From the IMG/VR virus record IMGVR_UViG_3300017784_002304, positions 1-58,711 of that record: DNA of 58,711 bases; one strand, 5' to 3'. The DNA is from a virus. Its lineage: Duplodnaviria; Caudoviricetes. Shown in pieces: positions 46,630 through 57,400 of this stretch. The notes beneath the pieces are model-generated. The model was not told where the DNA came from, did no database searches, and saw nothing but the letters and a program-made list of their open reading frames with translations. The translations under genes were made by a program, and so were the position numbers. Position 1 is the first letter of the stretch; each line of letters opens with the position of its first letter.

Positions 46630-49600
46630 TTACACAAAACTAACTACCCTGACGCTACGAACAGCGGGGGTTCGATAGTACGACGCACCACCCGAGTTAG
46701 TGAGCCGCACCTTTATTTGGTACGACTTGAACGGTGCCAATGCAGCGGAAGTGCGGAAAGTGCTCTCACGGAAATCTATTTCCGATGTGCTTGTAAAAGC
46801 AGGAGACGTTTGCGGTATTTCCACCCACGTTCGGGTAAAGATGTCGGCTTCACCAACGGCACTGGTACGGTAATACACCTTTACATCTGTTCCTGTGGGT
46901 ATATTTTCGTTCACAAAAACTGCCAGTCCAGTTGACGCAAGACTCTGTGGTAGTTCCACCACACGAGTAAGGTACTCTGACTGTGTGTTCATGTTTACAG
47001 AAACTGCGTATCGAGCAGCAGTGTCAATGGCAGGAGAAACTGCGTTGCTTACTCCACGGGTAAGGGTGTACACCAAGGTGGGAGCAGCACTGAACGGTGT
47101 CACAGGGTACACTGTTTCGTTGTTTGCAAACGAAAGCACTCCTGCCGCGCGAGTAATGGTGCACGATTCAGGAATGACTTCAGGAGCAAACACCTTGAAA
47201 GCCTGTCGTGACGCAATGTTTGCTACGCCTGTGTGGGTAGCAGTTCCAGTGGTTGCGGTAAACGCACACCGCTTGACCGCAAACATGAGATCCGTGGTGT
47301 TCTGTTGAACAGAGACACCTGAACCTTGTGGTGTGTACAGTGTTCCAACCAACTGGTTGTTACCTGCGCGTCCTGCAATCGCATCGCCGTTTGTAATGCT
47401 GTTTGCCGCAGTATCCGCAGCGTACAGTGAGTACTCGCTGCTGTTGGTAGTGATGCAAATGGCGTACTCACCAGGAGGCAAGAACACAGGGCTGGTAAAA
47501 GCAAACTCCGTTGCAGTGGGAGTAGTGGCATTTGCGGTCACATCACCAGGCAGTTTCACCACAGTGCTGAACGGAATCACAACCGAAGGCGAGGGATATC
47601 CAGATACCGTTGGACGAATATCAACGGCAACGGGCAGCACCGTGTCTTTGGCAGAGAAGTACAGAGACAGGCTGTTCAAGAACACGCCTTCTGGATTCGC
47701 AACCTTGTCCACAATGAACGTCTGTGCAAGTGGATCAGTTCCAGCCGTGTTCTCCAGTGAATCCACACTCTTGTTGAACGGATCCTTGGAAATGGTTTCA
47801 CTGTTCACTGTACGCCGACGCAATGTGGGTGGGCGAGTAGAGAACGACCCTGAATCTTGCTGAACAAGAGTACCCACGCAGTACAGCGTTTCTTCTGCGC
47901 TAGTGATCGCGTTTGCTACCACAGCACTGTCGCTGATTCGGACACTACGACTGCCTGTGAGGTAAGTTCCCGCAGGAATAGTGAACGATCCACTGCACGT
48001 TCCGTTTGAGTCGGTGGAAAGAGTACCGTTCAAAAGCACTGTGCCGTCAAAGTACAGGGACAGTCCAGTGGTGTTAGGCTTCATTCCGTATGCAGTAAAC
48101 GTGACTGTTTGCGACGGAATATATCCAACAACACTTCGATCAACCACCCGAGAACCAATCTTCTCACGAATTCGGTTTCTCAACTGGCGAGAACGCATAA
48201 AGTTACTGTTCTTTTGGTTTACTGCCTCTACATTACGACGCGATCCTGCACGAACATTTCCCGATGAAACGGTGGGAACAGCAGAAATAGAGTCTACGCG
48301 GGGCAGTTCCAACAGGCTCTTTTGGATGTCGTCTTGCTCTTCTTCAACCACTTCAATTCCGGTCCACAGGCTTTCCCAATCGTTCCACTGTGTTCCGAAC
48401 CCACGTGCGTTTCCCGCATTGGACGATCTCCAGTTGTCGTTCTCCATGAGAGAATTAGTGCGTACAACGGGACGATATCCAGTATCCATACTCGTGATTA
48501 CTTGAGTATTCAACTTCAAGAAACCCAACCAGTTCACCGTATTGGAGGGATTCACCTGAATACTCTTGCTGTACTGTAGATTTGTAATGTAATCAGCATC
48601 ACTGTACGCAAGAGTAAGAATACCGTCCGTAGACAAGACAGTATTTGAAAGCGATGGCGACGGCGGAGAAATGGTGTTCGTGGAGAAGAACGGTCGCAAT
48701 TCTCCACGCTCAAAGTCCACAGAGCAAATGTGTTCTTCCGAAGACACATCAGAAACCGAGTGACCGTAGAACTCATCAGAGAAGATAGAGGTCTTCAGTG
48801 GTTCGGTGCTGGTTGCGGACGTTTTCAAGGAACGGGCTTCAATCTCTGCTTCGGAGATGGACAGTTTTGCGAACACTTCCACATCGTCTATGCGCTTCTC
48901 CAGTTTTCCAATATCACTCATGGTGTACCGCTGAGAATTCACTGGAGTAAAGATCACGTCTTCTGTGTTGTGGGTGTACGCAGGCACAGTGAGTATTGCC
49001 AAAACCAGTCCGTCTTGTGGATCAGGAGGAGCAACTGGAGTGAGATCAGGTGTACCTTGCACCAAGAAGAACAGTGCAGATCCGTCTTCAGGATCCGCTT
49101 TCACGCACAGTTTGTCTATACGAGGCAAGTAGTGGTTATACGAAATAGTGCTGGACTCGCTTACTCCGAATTCGTAAGCCCCGTAAGGCTTGATCATGGG
49201 AGTTGCAGATGTCAGTCCGCTGTGTCGGAAATCAAGGCAGTTTGCAAGTGAAACAGTCTTGCCCGTTCGTGGATTTGTGAACAGTGGTATGCGTTCGTAT
49301 GGTGTGCTTGGATACGAGTGTTTGCCGATAAACGGCGCGAACGCAAGACCATCGTGACGGAAATAGGCAAACGAAACGGTAATTGAAACCGCAGAAGCAG
49401 GATTGACATACCGAGCAGTGCTAACAACAGACGGCTTCAGGTACAGGCGAGCACGTTGGTAGTACGTTTCTCGTTGACCGTCATCCAATTCAAAGTCTTC
49501 GCTGATGTTTGTTCCAGGTGTTCCAAATGTAACACTGGTGATGCTGTACACATCGGACTGTGAAAGTTCAAAGTACTTTCGTCCTGTCTCGTCTGTTTTG

Positions 49601-51552
49601 ATATCAGTAATAGACGCAAACGACTGCGTGGTTGAAACTGGTGTTTTGAAGCGATACGTGCTGGTGTTGCTTATGGTAGGCGTGTATCGAACAGGCAAGA
49701 CTACACGAACATTGGCAGCGGTGAAACCTGCGGGAGCATTGTTCACCTCTAGTTTGACCTTGCCTCCAGTAGTGTCACCGTCATTAGACAGCACTATTCC
49801 AGTTCCCGAAGAGGGAATAAACGCCCGACCAGCCGTTCCGCCCGCTGGTGTACCACTGGAGTCCAACGAAACAATGGCAATTTCAGACAAGTCTGATGCG
49901 TTGGTGGGATTTCCGGTTCCGTAGTTTATAAACGAAATGACTCCACTACTGGTAGACGCAACAGTGTCTGTGAAGTTGGCTTTAGCCAACGAATACGTTG
50001 TAACGGTGCCTGTAGGGTTGTATGCGGGCGTTATAGCATTGCTGACCAGTTTGCCTTGGATGTAGAACCCGTTGCTTATGTCATTGATGGCGTAACCAGG
50101 TTGCAGAGGAAACACCAGTGACTGGTCATCACTGCCCAAAATGTTGCCCCCGTTGGTGAAACGACCCAAAGTGTTTCCGGTAGTGTTGTCGTAGATGAAG
50201 CCCACCTGACCAGTGCTGCCACTCAATCCGTAAAGGTACAGTGTTGCCGTGAATCCAGTGGCTGCTCCCACTCCCTGCCCAGGAGCAGGCACGTATCCGT
50301 GAACAAACGCAGTTCCACGAGTGGTAGTGGGAGCAGTTAGCGTTCCGTCTCGTAGTACAACCCGTGCTGAACCCGACCCAATGGTGACCAGTGCGTTTGC
50401 GTGGTCCAGTGTGCTGCCCATAGAAACAGTAAGATAGTTTCCTGTGGAGAAAACAAACTGCTGGGTTTCTGATTGGGTGGTCTGTGCGCGGGGCAGAGTC
50501 ACGGTTTGTGGATACCGATTCTCTACTTCATATCCCTGAACATACGCCTTTCCCGACCCCATAGACAGTGAAAATTGTGCTGAATTGTTGGGTTTGACGG
50601 TTGCGTCAAAGGGATACACCACGTACGAACCAGACTCGTCAAAAGTACGACGAGCAAGCACATTTTGAATCTCCCCGTACGTTACCCGTTCCACTTTCTT
50701 TGTGATGCGCCCACCGTCAAATCGGAGTAGTTCCACAAAGTCTTCGGCACTTGCAGTTAGATCAATCTGTGCCATCTCAAACACAATCTTGTAACGGTCA
50801 GCACCGGGAGCGTTGTAGTTGTACGATCCGATAGCAGGATCGCGCAGGGTGGAGTCTTCCTGTTCTGTCACCGAGTCACGAGTAAGCGAGAATCCAATCT
50901 TCTTTGACAGGGTTGCGTAGTCGCTTCCGAACGTGAGATCTCGATACGAAACGCTACCAACAGACGCAGTGCTGTACGGGGTAAACGTGAGACGGGGGTT
51001 GCGGGCAAAGAATCCATCAATGTAAAAGATGCCTTCGTCCACGGTAATGACTTTGCAAGCACCACTAGACGGATACGCAGCAGAAACAGGAGACAGCCCC
51101 GAATATGTCGTTGTGCCGTTGGACCAAGTAAACGAAGACGGAACACTTCCACCTGAAATAAGGTCAACCACTAGCACAAGGGTGGAATCTGTGAGTGGAT
51201 CAGGATCAATGTAGTGCACCACTTTTGCTCGGAAACCAGTGGCAGTAAGATATCCTCCGACGAAATCAGAGTAATCTGTGATGTCTGCAAGGGGGTTTCC
51301 GGTTCCTGTGGTACTCAAGCGAACGTAGGTGGCATTACGAACAGTGATACCACCGCCCACAATACGGGAACCGTCCTTGAACAGGTGATCTCCAATTTGA
51401 GAAATCTGTCCTTGAAGAATGGTTTGCAACTGTGTGAGTTCACGAGCCTGTAAAGCGTATCCAGGCTTGAACAGCATCCTCAAGAACCCCTTTGTGGGGT
51501 CGTAGTCATCGTAGTACGGGTTTATGTTGAAGATGCTTGAGTCGTATGCCAT
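46630..51552 (-). CDS. Large virion structural protein (DUF4815 / VrlC-like)
   Basis: NINPYYDDY, LQARELTQLQ, APGADRYK, LARRTFDESGSY, YTMSDIGKLEKRI, DPLAQTF. Confidence 0.85.
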   Translation of the reverse strand: MAYDSSIFNINPYYDDYDPTKGFLRMLFKPGYALQARELTQLQTILQGQISQIGDHLFKDGSRIVGGGITVRNATYVRLSTTGTGNPLADITDYSDFVGGYLTATGFRAKVVHYIDPDPLTDSTLVLVVDLISGGSVPSSFTWSNGTTTYSGLSPVSAAYPSSGACKVITVDEGIFYIDGFFARNPRLTFTPYSTASVGSVSYRDLTFGSDYATLSKKIGFSLTRDSVTEQEDSTLRDPAIGSYNYNAPGADRYKIVFEMAQIDLTASAEDFVELLRFDGGRITKKVERVTYGEIQNVLARRTFDESGSYVVYPFDATVKPNNSAQFSLSMGSGKAYVQGYEVENRYPQTVTLPRAQTTQSETQQFVFSTGNYLTVSMGSTLDHANALVTIGSGSARVVLRDGTLTAPTTTRGTAFVHGYVPAPGQGVGAATGFTATLYLYGLSGSTGQVGFIYDNTTGNTLGRFTNGGNILGSDDQSLVFPLQPGYAINDISNGFYIQGKLVSNAITPAYNPTGTVTTYSLAKANFTDTVASTSSGVISFINYGTGNPTNASDLSEIAIVSLDSSGTPAGGTAGRAFIPSSGTGIVLSNDGDTTGGKVKLEVNNAPAGFTAANVRVVLPVRYTPTISNTSTYRFKTPVSTTQSFASITDIKTDETGRKYFELSQSDVYSITSVTFGTPGTNISEDFELDDGQRETYYQRARLYLKPSVVSTARYVNPASAVSITVSFAYFRHDGLAFAPFIGKHSYPSTPYERIPLFTNPRTGKTVSLANCLDFRHSGLTSATPMIKPYGAYEFGVSESSTISYNHYLPRIDKLCVKADPEDGSALFFLVQGTPDLTPVAPPDPQDGLVLAILTVPAYTHNTEDVIFTPVNSQRYTMSDIGKLEKRIDDVEVFAKLSISEAEIEARSLKTSATSTEPLKTSIFSDEFYGHSVSDVSSEEHICSVDFERGELRPFFSTNTISPPSPSLSNTVLSTDGILTLAYSDADYITNLQYSKSIQVNPSNTVNWLGFLKLNTQVITSMDTGYRPVVRTNSLMENDNWRSSNAGNARGFGTQWNDWESLWTGIEVVEEEQDDIQKSLLELPRVDSISAVPTVSSGNVRAGSRRNVEAVNQKNSNFMRSRQLRNRIREKIGSRVVDRSVVGYIPSQTVTFTAYGMKPNTTGLSLYFDGTVLLNGTLSTDSNGTCSGSFTIPAGTYLTGSRSVRISDSAVVANAITSAEETLYCVGTLVQQDSGSFSTRPPTLRRRTVNSETISKDPFNKSVDSLENTAGTDPLAQTFIVDKVANPEGVFLNSLSLYFSAKDTVLPVAVDIRPTVSGYPSPSVVIPFSTVVKLPGDVTANATTPTATEFAFTSPVFLPPGEYAICITTNSSEYSLYAADTAANSITNGDAIAGRAGNNQLVGTLYTPQGSGVSVQQNTTDLMFAVKRCAFTATTGTATHTGVANIASRQAFKVFAPEVIPESCTITRAAGVLSFANNETVYPVTPFSAAPTLVYTLTRGVSNAVSPAIDTAARYAVSVNMNTQSEYLTRVVELPQSLASTGLAVFVNENIPTGTDVKVYYRTSAVGEADIFTRTWVEIPQTSPAFTSTSEIDFRESTFRTSAALAPFKSYQIKVRLTNSGGASYYRTPAVRSVRVVSFV

Positions 51553-51562
51553 ACGGTCCTTT

Positions 51563-53881
51563 TTAGAACCCTAAACGGATTCGGAACTCCTCTTCTTGTG
51601 CAATCGTGCGCTGAATAGGTCTAACATTGTCTATGTATAACACCTCTCCCGAGGTTGCAAGCACCTCTGGAGGGGTAACAGACGCAACAACATACGCTCC
51701 AAGTGTAGCACCACTGAGTCCGTCTGTAGCAACTCCCTTGAACTTACCCACCACGTTAGTAAGGTACAGTTTGCCGTAGGACGGATTCACAAAATCCCAA
51801 TGGTACACGGTGCCTGTTGCGTACGGAGTGTACGATCCAGTCACACCTTGGGTAACTCCGTCCCCGTTGGAGAACGAGTTTGCGGTAAGAGTGCTTGTTG
51901 TGGTGTCTACCACACCCACCTGTGGGTTGCCGCTAGTAGCAATTTCTAAAACAGTCAAGCCACTGTACGCAGGAGTATCGCTGGTGTCGTAGTAAGCAGG
52001 ACCAACATCAATAACACGGAACAATTGTGTGTCTCCGTTCAGGTCATACACAGTAGGTATTGAACTGCCTCTCAACACCCAAACATATTCTCCGTATTTC
52101 GGAGAAACATCTGCTGGGTCAGCCGTAAAGCCACTCTGACTACCCACCAAGTTATAATTTCCTGCAACAAATCCGCTGGTGCTTTGAAGTTGAACAGTGA
52201 TTGATGTGCCGAGTTGTGAAACGACAACACCTTCTGCTGTGTAGTCGTATCCGTAAGAAATTCCTGAAGAAATCTCTACGCCTGTGGGAATAGACTGTCG
52301 AATCCTTTCGTTTAACAAAAACTCTCCAGGTTTGTCTAAATTTAGTATGTACGTGTCACGACGATCATTGTATGTAATAAATCTACCAGAACTGTTTATC
52401 GTTTTGATTGTAATAGGATCTTTTGAAGATTTGAGCGAATACACCTTGGCTGACGAAAATGTTTCAGTTCCCAAAATACTGTTGGTAAGACTAACATCAA
52501 ATGCAGTAGATATGTTGTCAGAACTGAAAACGATAGAATCGGGTTCCAGTGTAATATCTCTGTAGAACTGATTGTCCGATCCTGCCACCTTTCCTGTTCC
52601 ACCAAACATCACTGGATTCTTTATTATTCCAAACTGGCGATACGAGCCTCCACCTATGAATTTTCCAGAGTCTGCCTCTGTGATTTCCACAATAATGATG
52701 ATGTCCTTCACGTTCAACTCTTTAAGAATGTTACTGCCGTGTCCGCCTTTGGGCGACAACACAGGCGTAAGAGTAGGATGAACCGTATTGGTGTTCTTCT
52801 TGCCAACCACTTCTGCTCGGGCTACAGAGTAGTCTTCTCCCCCGTCAATCAAATCTACACGAACTATTTGCTTGGAAGAATTCATTACAGGTCTTGCGTA
52901 CGCTCGCTGCCCATCACCGTTTATCAAGACGTGTGGCGTGATTTCAACCGAGACTACATCTGATTGAAAAGACGGAGATACAGTGAACGGAACCACGTCA
53001 TCACGAACCACTATCGTGACTTGGTTTGCTGTTTTTGATAGTGAAGTGATTATACCGTAGTTGTTGATTTCCGCAGGATTAATCGCACTAGAATCAACAC
53101 GAACAACATATCCCACATAGTCCGCTACTGGCTGGGTTATCCGTGCAACAGAGGTGGGATCCGTGATCGTAATCGTTTTTGTTGCTGAATTATATGCGTT
53201 AACGTACAGGGTGTAAGTGGTGCTTAACCCCACACTGGTCAAAGCAGACGGATACACACCAACGGACGCACCAACGGTTGAATTTGTAGTCTCTATTCTA
53301 GTAAGTGCACCCGATACTGCTGTGGACTGCACATTGTACTGATTCGTGGTTTCTGTGTCCGTGCTCAAACTTGCAACGTCAATTGGTACGTAGTCTGTGA
53401 GTTCGTAAGGAAGGTCTGTTTCCCGAACAGTAGCAAGGTACTTCCAACGGTACCCGTCAGAAAGGGTGAACTCGCCGTACAGAGTTTGGGTGGGCTTTTC
53501 GGTGGAAGACGCACCGCCGTTGTTGCTCATGCATTTGTAAATGTTGTTTTGATCCGTGACCACGAAGAACTGTTTTGGATCATCATCATCAAACAAATCA
53601 GCAGTGTCGCTGTACTGGTCGTAAGTAGTTCCACTTGTCCACGTGTAGCGTGGCACTGCAAACAAGAGGTTCGACGGCGACAGTTTCTTGTACGCAATAA
53701 TGTTGTTCATTACCTCGTACTCTGATGCCACACTATCAGTGTACGTGGGTGGGCTGTTGTCGTTTGTCCATGCCGTACTCTTTGCAATAAAGAAGAAGTA
53801 CTGGCTGTCACCACGCTCAAGTTCCGCGAGGAAACTTTCTGCGTAGGAGCGTTCTAGTGATGCTTTGATGAAACTTGCCAT
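51563..53881 (-). CDS. gp8: Baseplate wedge subunit gp8 (expanded)
   Basis: PRYTWTSGTTYDQY, NIYKCMSN, DGYRWKY, PKGGHG, YRQFGIIKNP, SGEVLYIDN. Confidence 0.88.
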   Translation of the reverse strand: MASFIKASLERSYAESFLAELERGDSQYFFFIAKSTAWTNDNSPPTYTDSVASEYEVMNNIIAYKKLSPSNLLFAVPRYTWTSGTTYDQYSDTADLFDDDDPKQFFVVTDQNNIYKCMSNNGGASSTEKPTQTLYGEFTLSDGYRWKYLATVRETDLPYELTDYVPIDVASLSTDTETTNQYNVQSTAVSGALTRIETTNSTVGASVGVYPSALTSVGLSTTYTLYVNAYNSATKTITITDPTSVARITQPVADYVGYVVRVDSSAINPAEINNYGIITSLSKTANQVTIVVRDDVVPFTVSPSFQSDVVSVEITPHVLINGDGQRAYARPVMNSSKQIVRVDLIDGGEDYSVARAEVVGKKNTNTVHPTLTPVLSPKGGHGSNILKELNVKDIIIIVEITEADSGKFIGGGSYRQFGIIKNPVMFGGTGKVAGSDNQFYRDITLEPDSIVFSSDNISTAFDVSLTNSILGTETFSSAKVYSLKSSKDPITIKTINSSGRFITYNDRRDTYILNLDKPGEFLLNERIRQSIPTGVEISSGISYGYDYTAEGVVVSQLGTSITVQLQSTSGFVAGNYNLVGSQSGFTADPADVSPKYGEYVWVLRGSSIPTVYDLNGDTQLFRVIDVGPAYYDTSDTPAYSGLTVLEIATSGNPQVGVVDTTTSTLTANSFSNGDGVTQGVTGSYTPYATGTVYHWDFVNPSYGKLYLTNVVGKFKGVATDGLSGATLGAYVVASVTPPEVLATSGEVLYIDNVRPIQRTIAQEEEFRIRLGF

Positions 53882-53893
53882 GTGGTCCTCGCT

Positions 53894-54418
53894 TTACAGC
53901 CCTATGTTTGAGTATGTATCCCCTGAAGACAGTGGTCCAGAGGACTGATACAGGTAGTCAGGCAAGGAGAAGAACTCCTGAAGAGTAATGCCCGAGAACT
54001 CTGAACCAAAGGGAATAGTGGACAGATTCTTGTTGTTTGGGTGGTTTTCGATGTCCCAATACGTGACTCCGTATGGAGTGGTGGACGGGTGAGCAGCACG
54101 GAAACCCGCAGGCAATCGTGATTCCAAAGTTTGACCGTACTTTTTCGACAGGTAGGTGTACACTCGGTTTCGTTCTGTTTCGTCCAGTTTACGATCAAAG
54201 GCTATGATTTCGTGAATCACACCAGCAAACGAGTACGATGGGGTGTTTGTAAGCACAGAGTTGATCCAAGCCTGTGATCCCGTGACACCGCTGCCAGTGG
54301 CACCTGCCGAAATGTTTGCTCCAATACGACCAATCACAATGTCTGAAGCACTGTACTGGTCTGGACCTGCGGCAAAGGTCTTTTCTAGTTGGGGCAGAAA
54401 CAAGTCGTCAGTGGGCAT
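53894..54418 (-). CDS. 174-aa protein resembling the C-terminal part of a LamG-like domain
   Basis: Has its own AGGAG SD; FAGVIHEIIAFDRKLDETERNRVYTYLSKKYG. Confidence 0.7.
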   Translation of the reverse strand: MPTDDLFLPQLEKTFAAGPDQYSASDIVIGRIGANISAGATGSGVTGSQAWINSVLTNTPSYSFAGVIHEIIAFDRKLDETERNRVYTYLSKKYGQTLESRLPAGFRAAHPSTTPYGVTYWDIENHPNNKNLSTIPFGSEFSGITLQEFFSLPDYLYQSSGPLSSGDTYSNIGL

Positions 54419-54432
54419 AAAAATTTCTCCTG

Positions 54433-57400
54433 TTACACACCAAACCGCGAACGGGTGGAGTTGAAGTTTTGCAGTACCTCTTGTGAACTTAAATCACGAG
54501 AGTACGAACGGAAAGACGAAATACCGCCGTTGTAGAAATAAGATCCGCCAGAAGAGTTGTAACCCAAATTTATTGAAAGCAGAGTGGTGTTTGCACGGTT
54601 CCCCAAAACTATCCGGTTTCCGAATGCGTTTGATTTTCCGGAGAAAGTATTAGTCTTGACAAGCACTCCGTTCAGATAAATTTTAACCTCGCTGGTGTTT
54701 GTGTTCGGCAAATACTGTGTCACCACAACCAAATGATTCCACCTAGAAAATGAAATAGTAGTGCCTAATCCTGCACCAACACGGGTTCCTCCGATGGGGA
54801 TGTTATACGAAAAGTGGTCGGAGGTACTGGTGGGATAAACAAAGAAAGGACTACCCACTGTGTCACCTGTGCCAGCGTACATTCTTATTCCGACACCAGC
54901 GAGGACAAGAGGATCAGAAGTTCCATTTGGATTGTACAGCCACGCTTCCCATGTGTGATTTCCAGAACTTCCCCACTCTTGCACGGTTCCTGTTGTAATC
55001 ACGCTGTTCCGCCCGTCAAACTGCCAAAATCCACCACTGGAAGCAGTGTACAGTGGCTTGGAAACTGCAAATCCGTTTCTGCCTTTACCGCTAAGGTCGT
55101 AAATAGTTTCAGGAGTGTTGTTCAGCAAGTCTTCTATGCTGGGTTCGCTTCCGTCAACCAAGTCGATTCGCGGACGCACAAATCTAATCTCTGTTCCTGC
55201 AATGTCACTACCGTACAAGAATGTGCGCAAGAGCGAATCAGTGGCATCACTACCCCATATAAAGTCTTCTGTGATTGGAGCGTAAGTGTTGCCCCCTCCA
55301 GTACGGGTGTACCATCCGCTGTTGGGGTGCTGTGCACCTGTTGCAGTGCCGTTCGGATGAATATGTCCTGCCACCAAAACCCATGTGTTCGTTTTGCCGA
55401 CGAACGCTGCGTCGATTGGTCCTGGAGTAGCAAAGTACGGATTGGTGTTTGCGGCTCCAGTGCTTTTTGTTGTCACCGAACCACTTGATAACTGTGGACC
55501 AAAGTACACCGTACCGGTTTCTGTTGCAGCCACACGATTCACCCACACAGAGAAACGGTACAGTTTGGTGCGGTCCACAGGGAAATACGCAGTATAAAAC
55601 CCTCCGTTAGCGTTGTATGCTGCTTCTGCTCTATTTGTAGAGTGATTCACTGCTCTCCACACCAACTCTGCGTCATCCCAAGGATTAGCCATGCGCTGCA
55701 CTCGGTTTGCGTTTGCAGTGCCGTATCTTCGGGAAATGTCCTGTGCGCCACCAGTTTGAGTGTGTGTGGTGTCTGTTATCAAAACAGTTCCGTTTGCGTT
55801 ACCACGATCAAACGGCAGCAACTGAACTCCACTCACGTAAAATGTTTTGTTTGCACCATCGGTTATGCTTAATCCAGTCAGGTACACTCTTACGCCGTCC
55901 GGATTAGCAGTATTGCTCTTACCAGTAATGCTACCCGAAATTCTGTACCATCCACCCCCAACATCTGTTACTGTGCCAGGCACAGCGTAGTAACCGTCTA
56001 TATTGTTGTGGAGATACACACTAGCAGTAATAGCCGCTCCGTCGTCCCTACGAACAAAGAAAACAGCCGTCCACGCAGTGGATACCGTGTTTGTGTACAG
56101 AGAATCCCATGCAGCAGCACCGGGTTGTGTATCAAAGGCTGCACCTCTGTTCAAGAAGAAATTTGATTCGGGACCAGTGGTTATTCGGTAAATCTCATCT
56201 ATGTCGAATGGAGCGGGTGGCAACGGAACCCCCGCAGGCAGATTTTGTGTCACAAGAGTGGACTCGGGAACACTTGTCCACATTGCGGCAGTTAGAGGTC
56301 CAAGCACGTTTGTGGGAATGGTGGGGAACCGAACATTCCGTGCCAAATTAGAGTTCTGACCCGCAATCATTTCTCCCACACACGCAGTCTTTCCTGCGTC
56401 GTAATGGATTTCCAAGCCACGAGTAATAATGTAGTCTTCACTTTGAGGTGCGTCCAACCCCACGATCTTTCGGTTTGTTGCGCGGGACGAGTTTGTTGCT
56501 GCGTCTCCGTTTACGAACACCTCAATCTTGTTGGTGGAATCACGTCGAGCCTCCGCTATACAAATTCCCAAACACACACCAGATAGGTGAGGATCGTATG
56601 CAATGAAGTTTTGGACGACTCCGGTTGCGTCTCCATACGGTCTGAATCCTGCCAATCCCGCGGGCGGCAGGGACGCGCCAGGATACATGAGCGTTCCGTT
56701 TGGAAGCACCGAATAGTAAGAACTGGTTTGTTGTGCGGCTGTTCTGTCCTGTTCGTTGTACGAGCGGCTGAACAGCACCGAATCAAATCGCACGGACGGA
56801 TTAGCCGAAAGATCACAGTTTGTGTTTCGTGATCCAAGCAGTCCGTATCCGAAACTCAGCCCTTCTCTGGTCGTACGATACACCACGAAAATGTCTGCGT
56901 CATCGGTGACCTTTAGCGGACGCTTCAGATACAGGTGCTGTCCCGTGAGCACGGCAGCAGCACTGCTGCCTAGTCCTGTGGTGTATCCAAGTCCAACCAC
57001 GCCACCGAGAGTAACACCCGCGTACACGGAAGCAGGAGCAAACACGATTCCACCGTTGAACGAAACGCCTGTTGCGCCACCGAATCCTGCTGTTTGCAGG
57101 GTGGGACGCAGTTTGTCAACGGTGACTCCTCTATAAGTTCTCACATCTATACCTGAAGACGCAGTAAATGTGGGAGTTACAGGATTTCCGTTGTACGAAA
57201 GTTCCGTGATGGTTACAGAGTGACCCGTTCTACTTGCGTCTGGTGTCTCAAGATAAAAAGTCGAATCCATGTAAAATGTCTGTCCGTATCCAACAAACCT
57301 TTGACGCTTTACAACACCATCTTTTCTCCAAATCAGGTTTGGTTCAACATACTCCATCTCAAACACGGAATTGTCGTATCCATCCAGTGTGGGAGAAATT

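Noticed and set aside
54419-54435. Simple stop read-through or sequencing error joining the large ORF to the 174-aa ORF
   Set aside because: The large ORF ends in a natural domain terminus (QNFNSTRSRFGV), and the next gene has a well-spaced AGGAG and ATG in a different frame, so two genes is the simpler reading.
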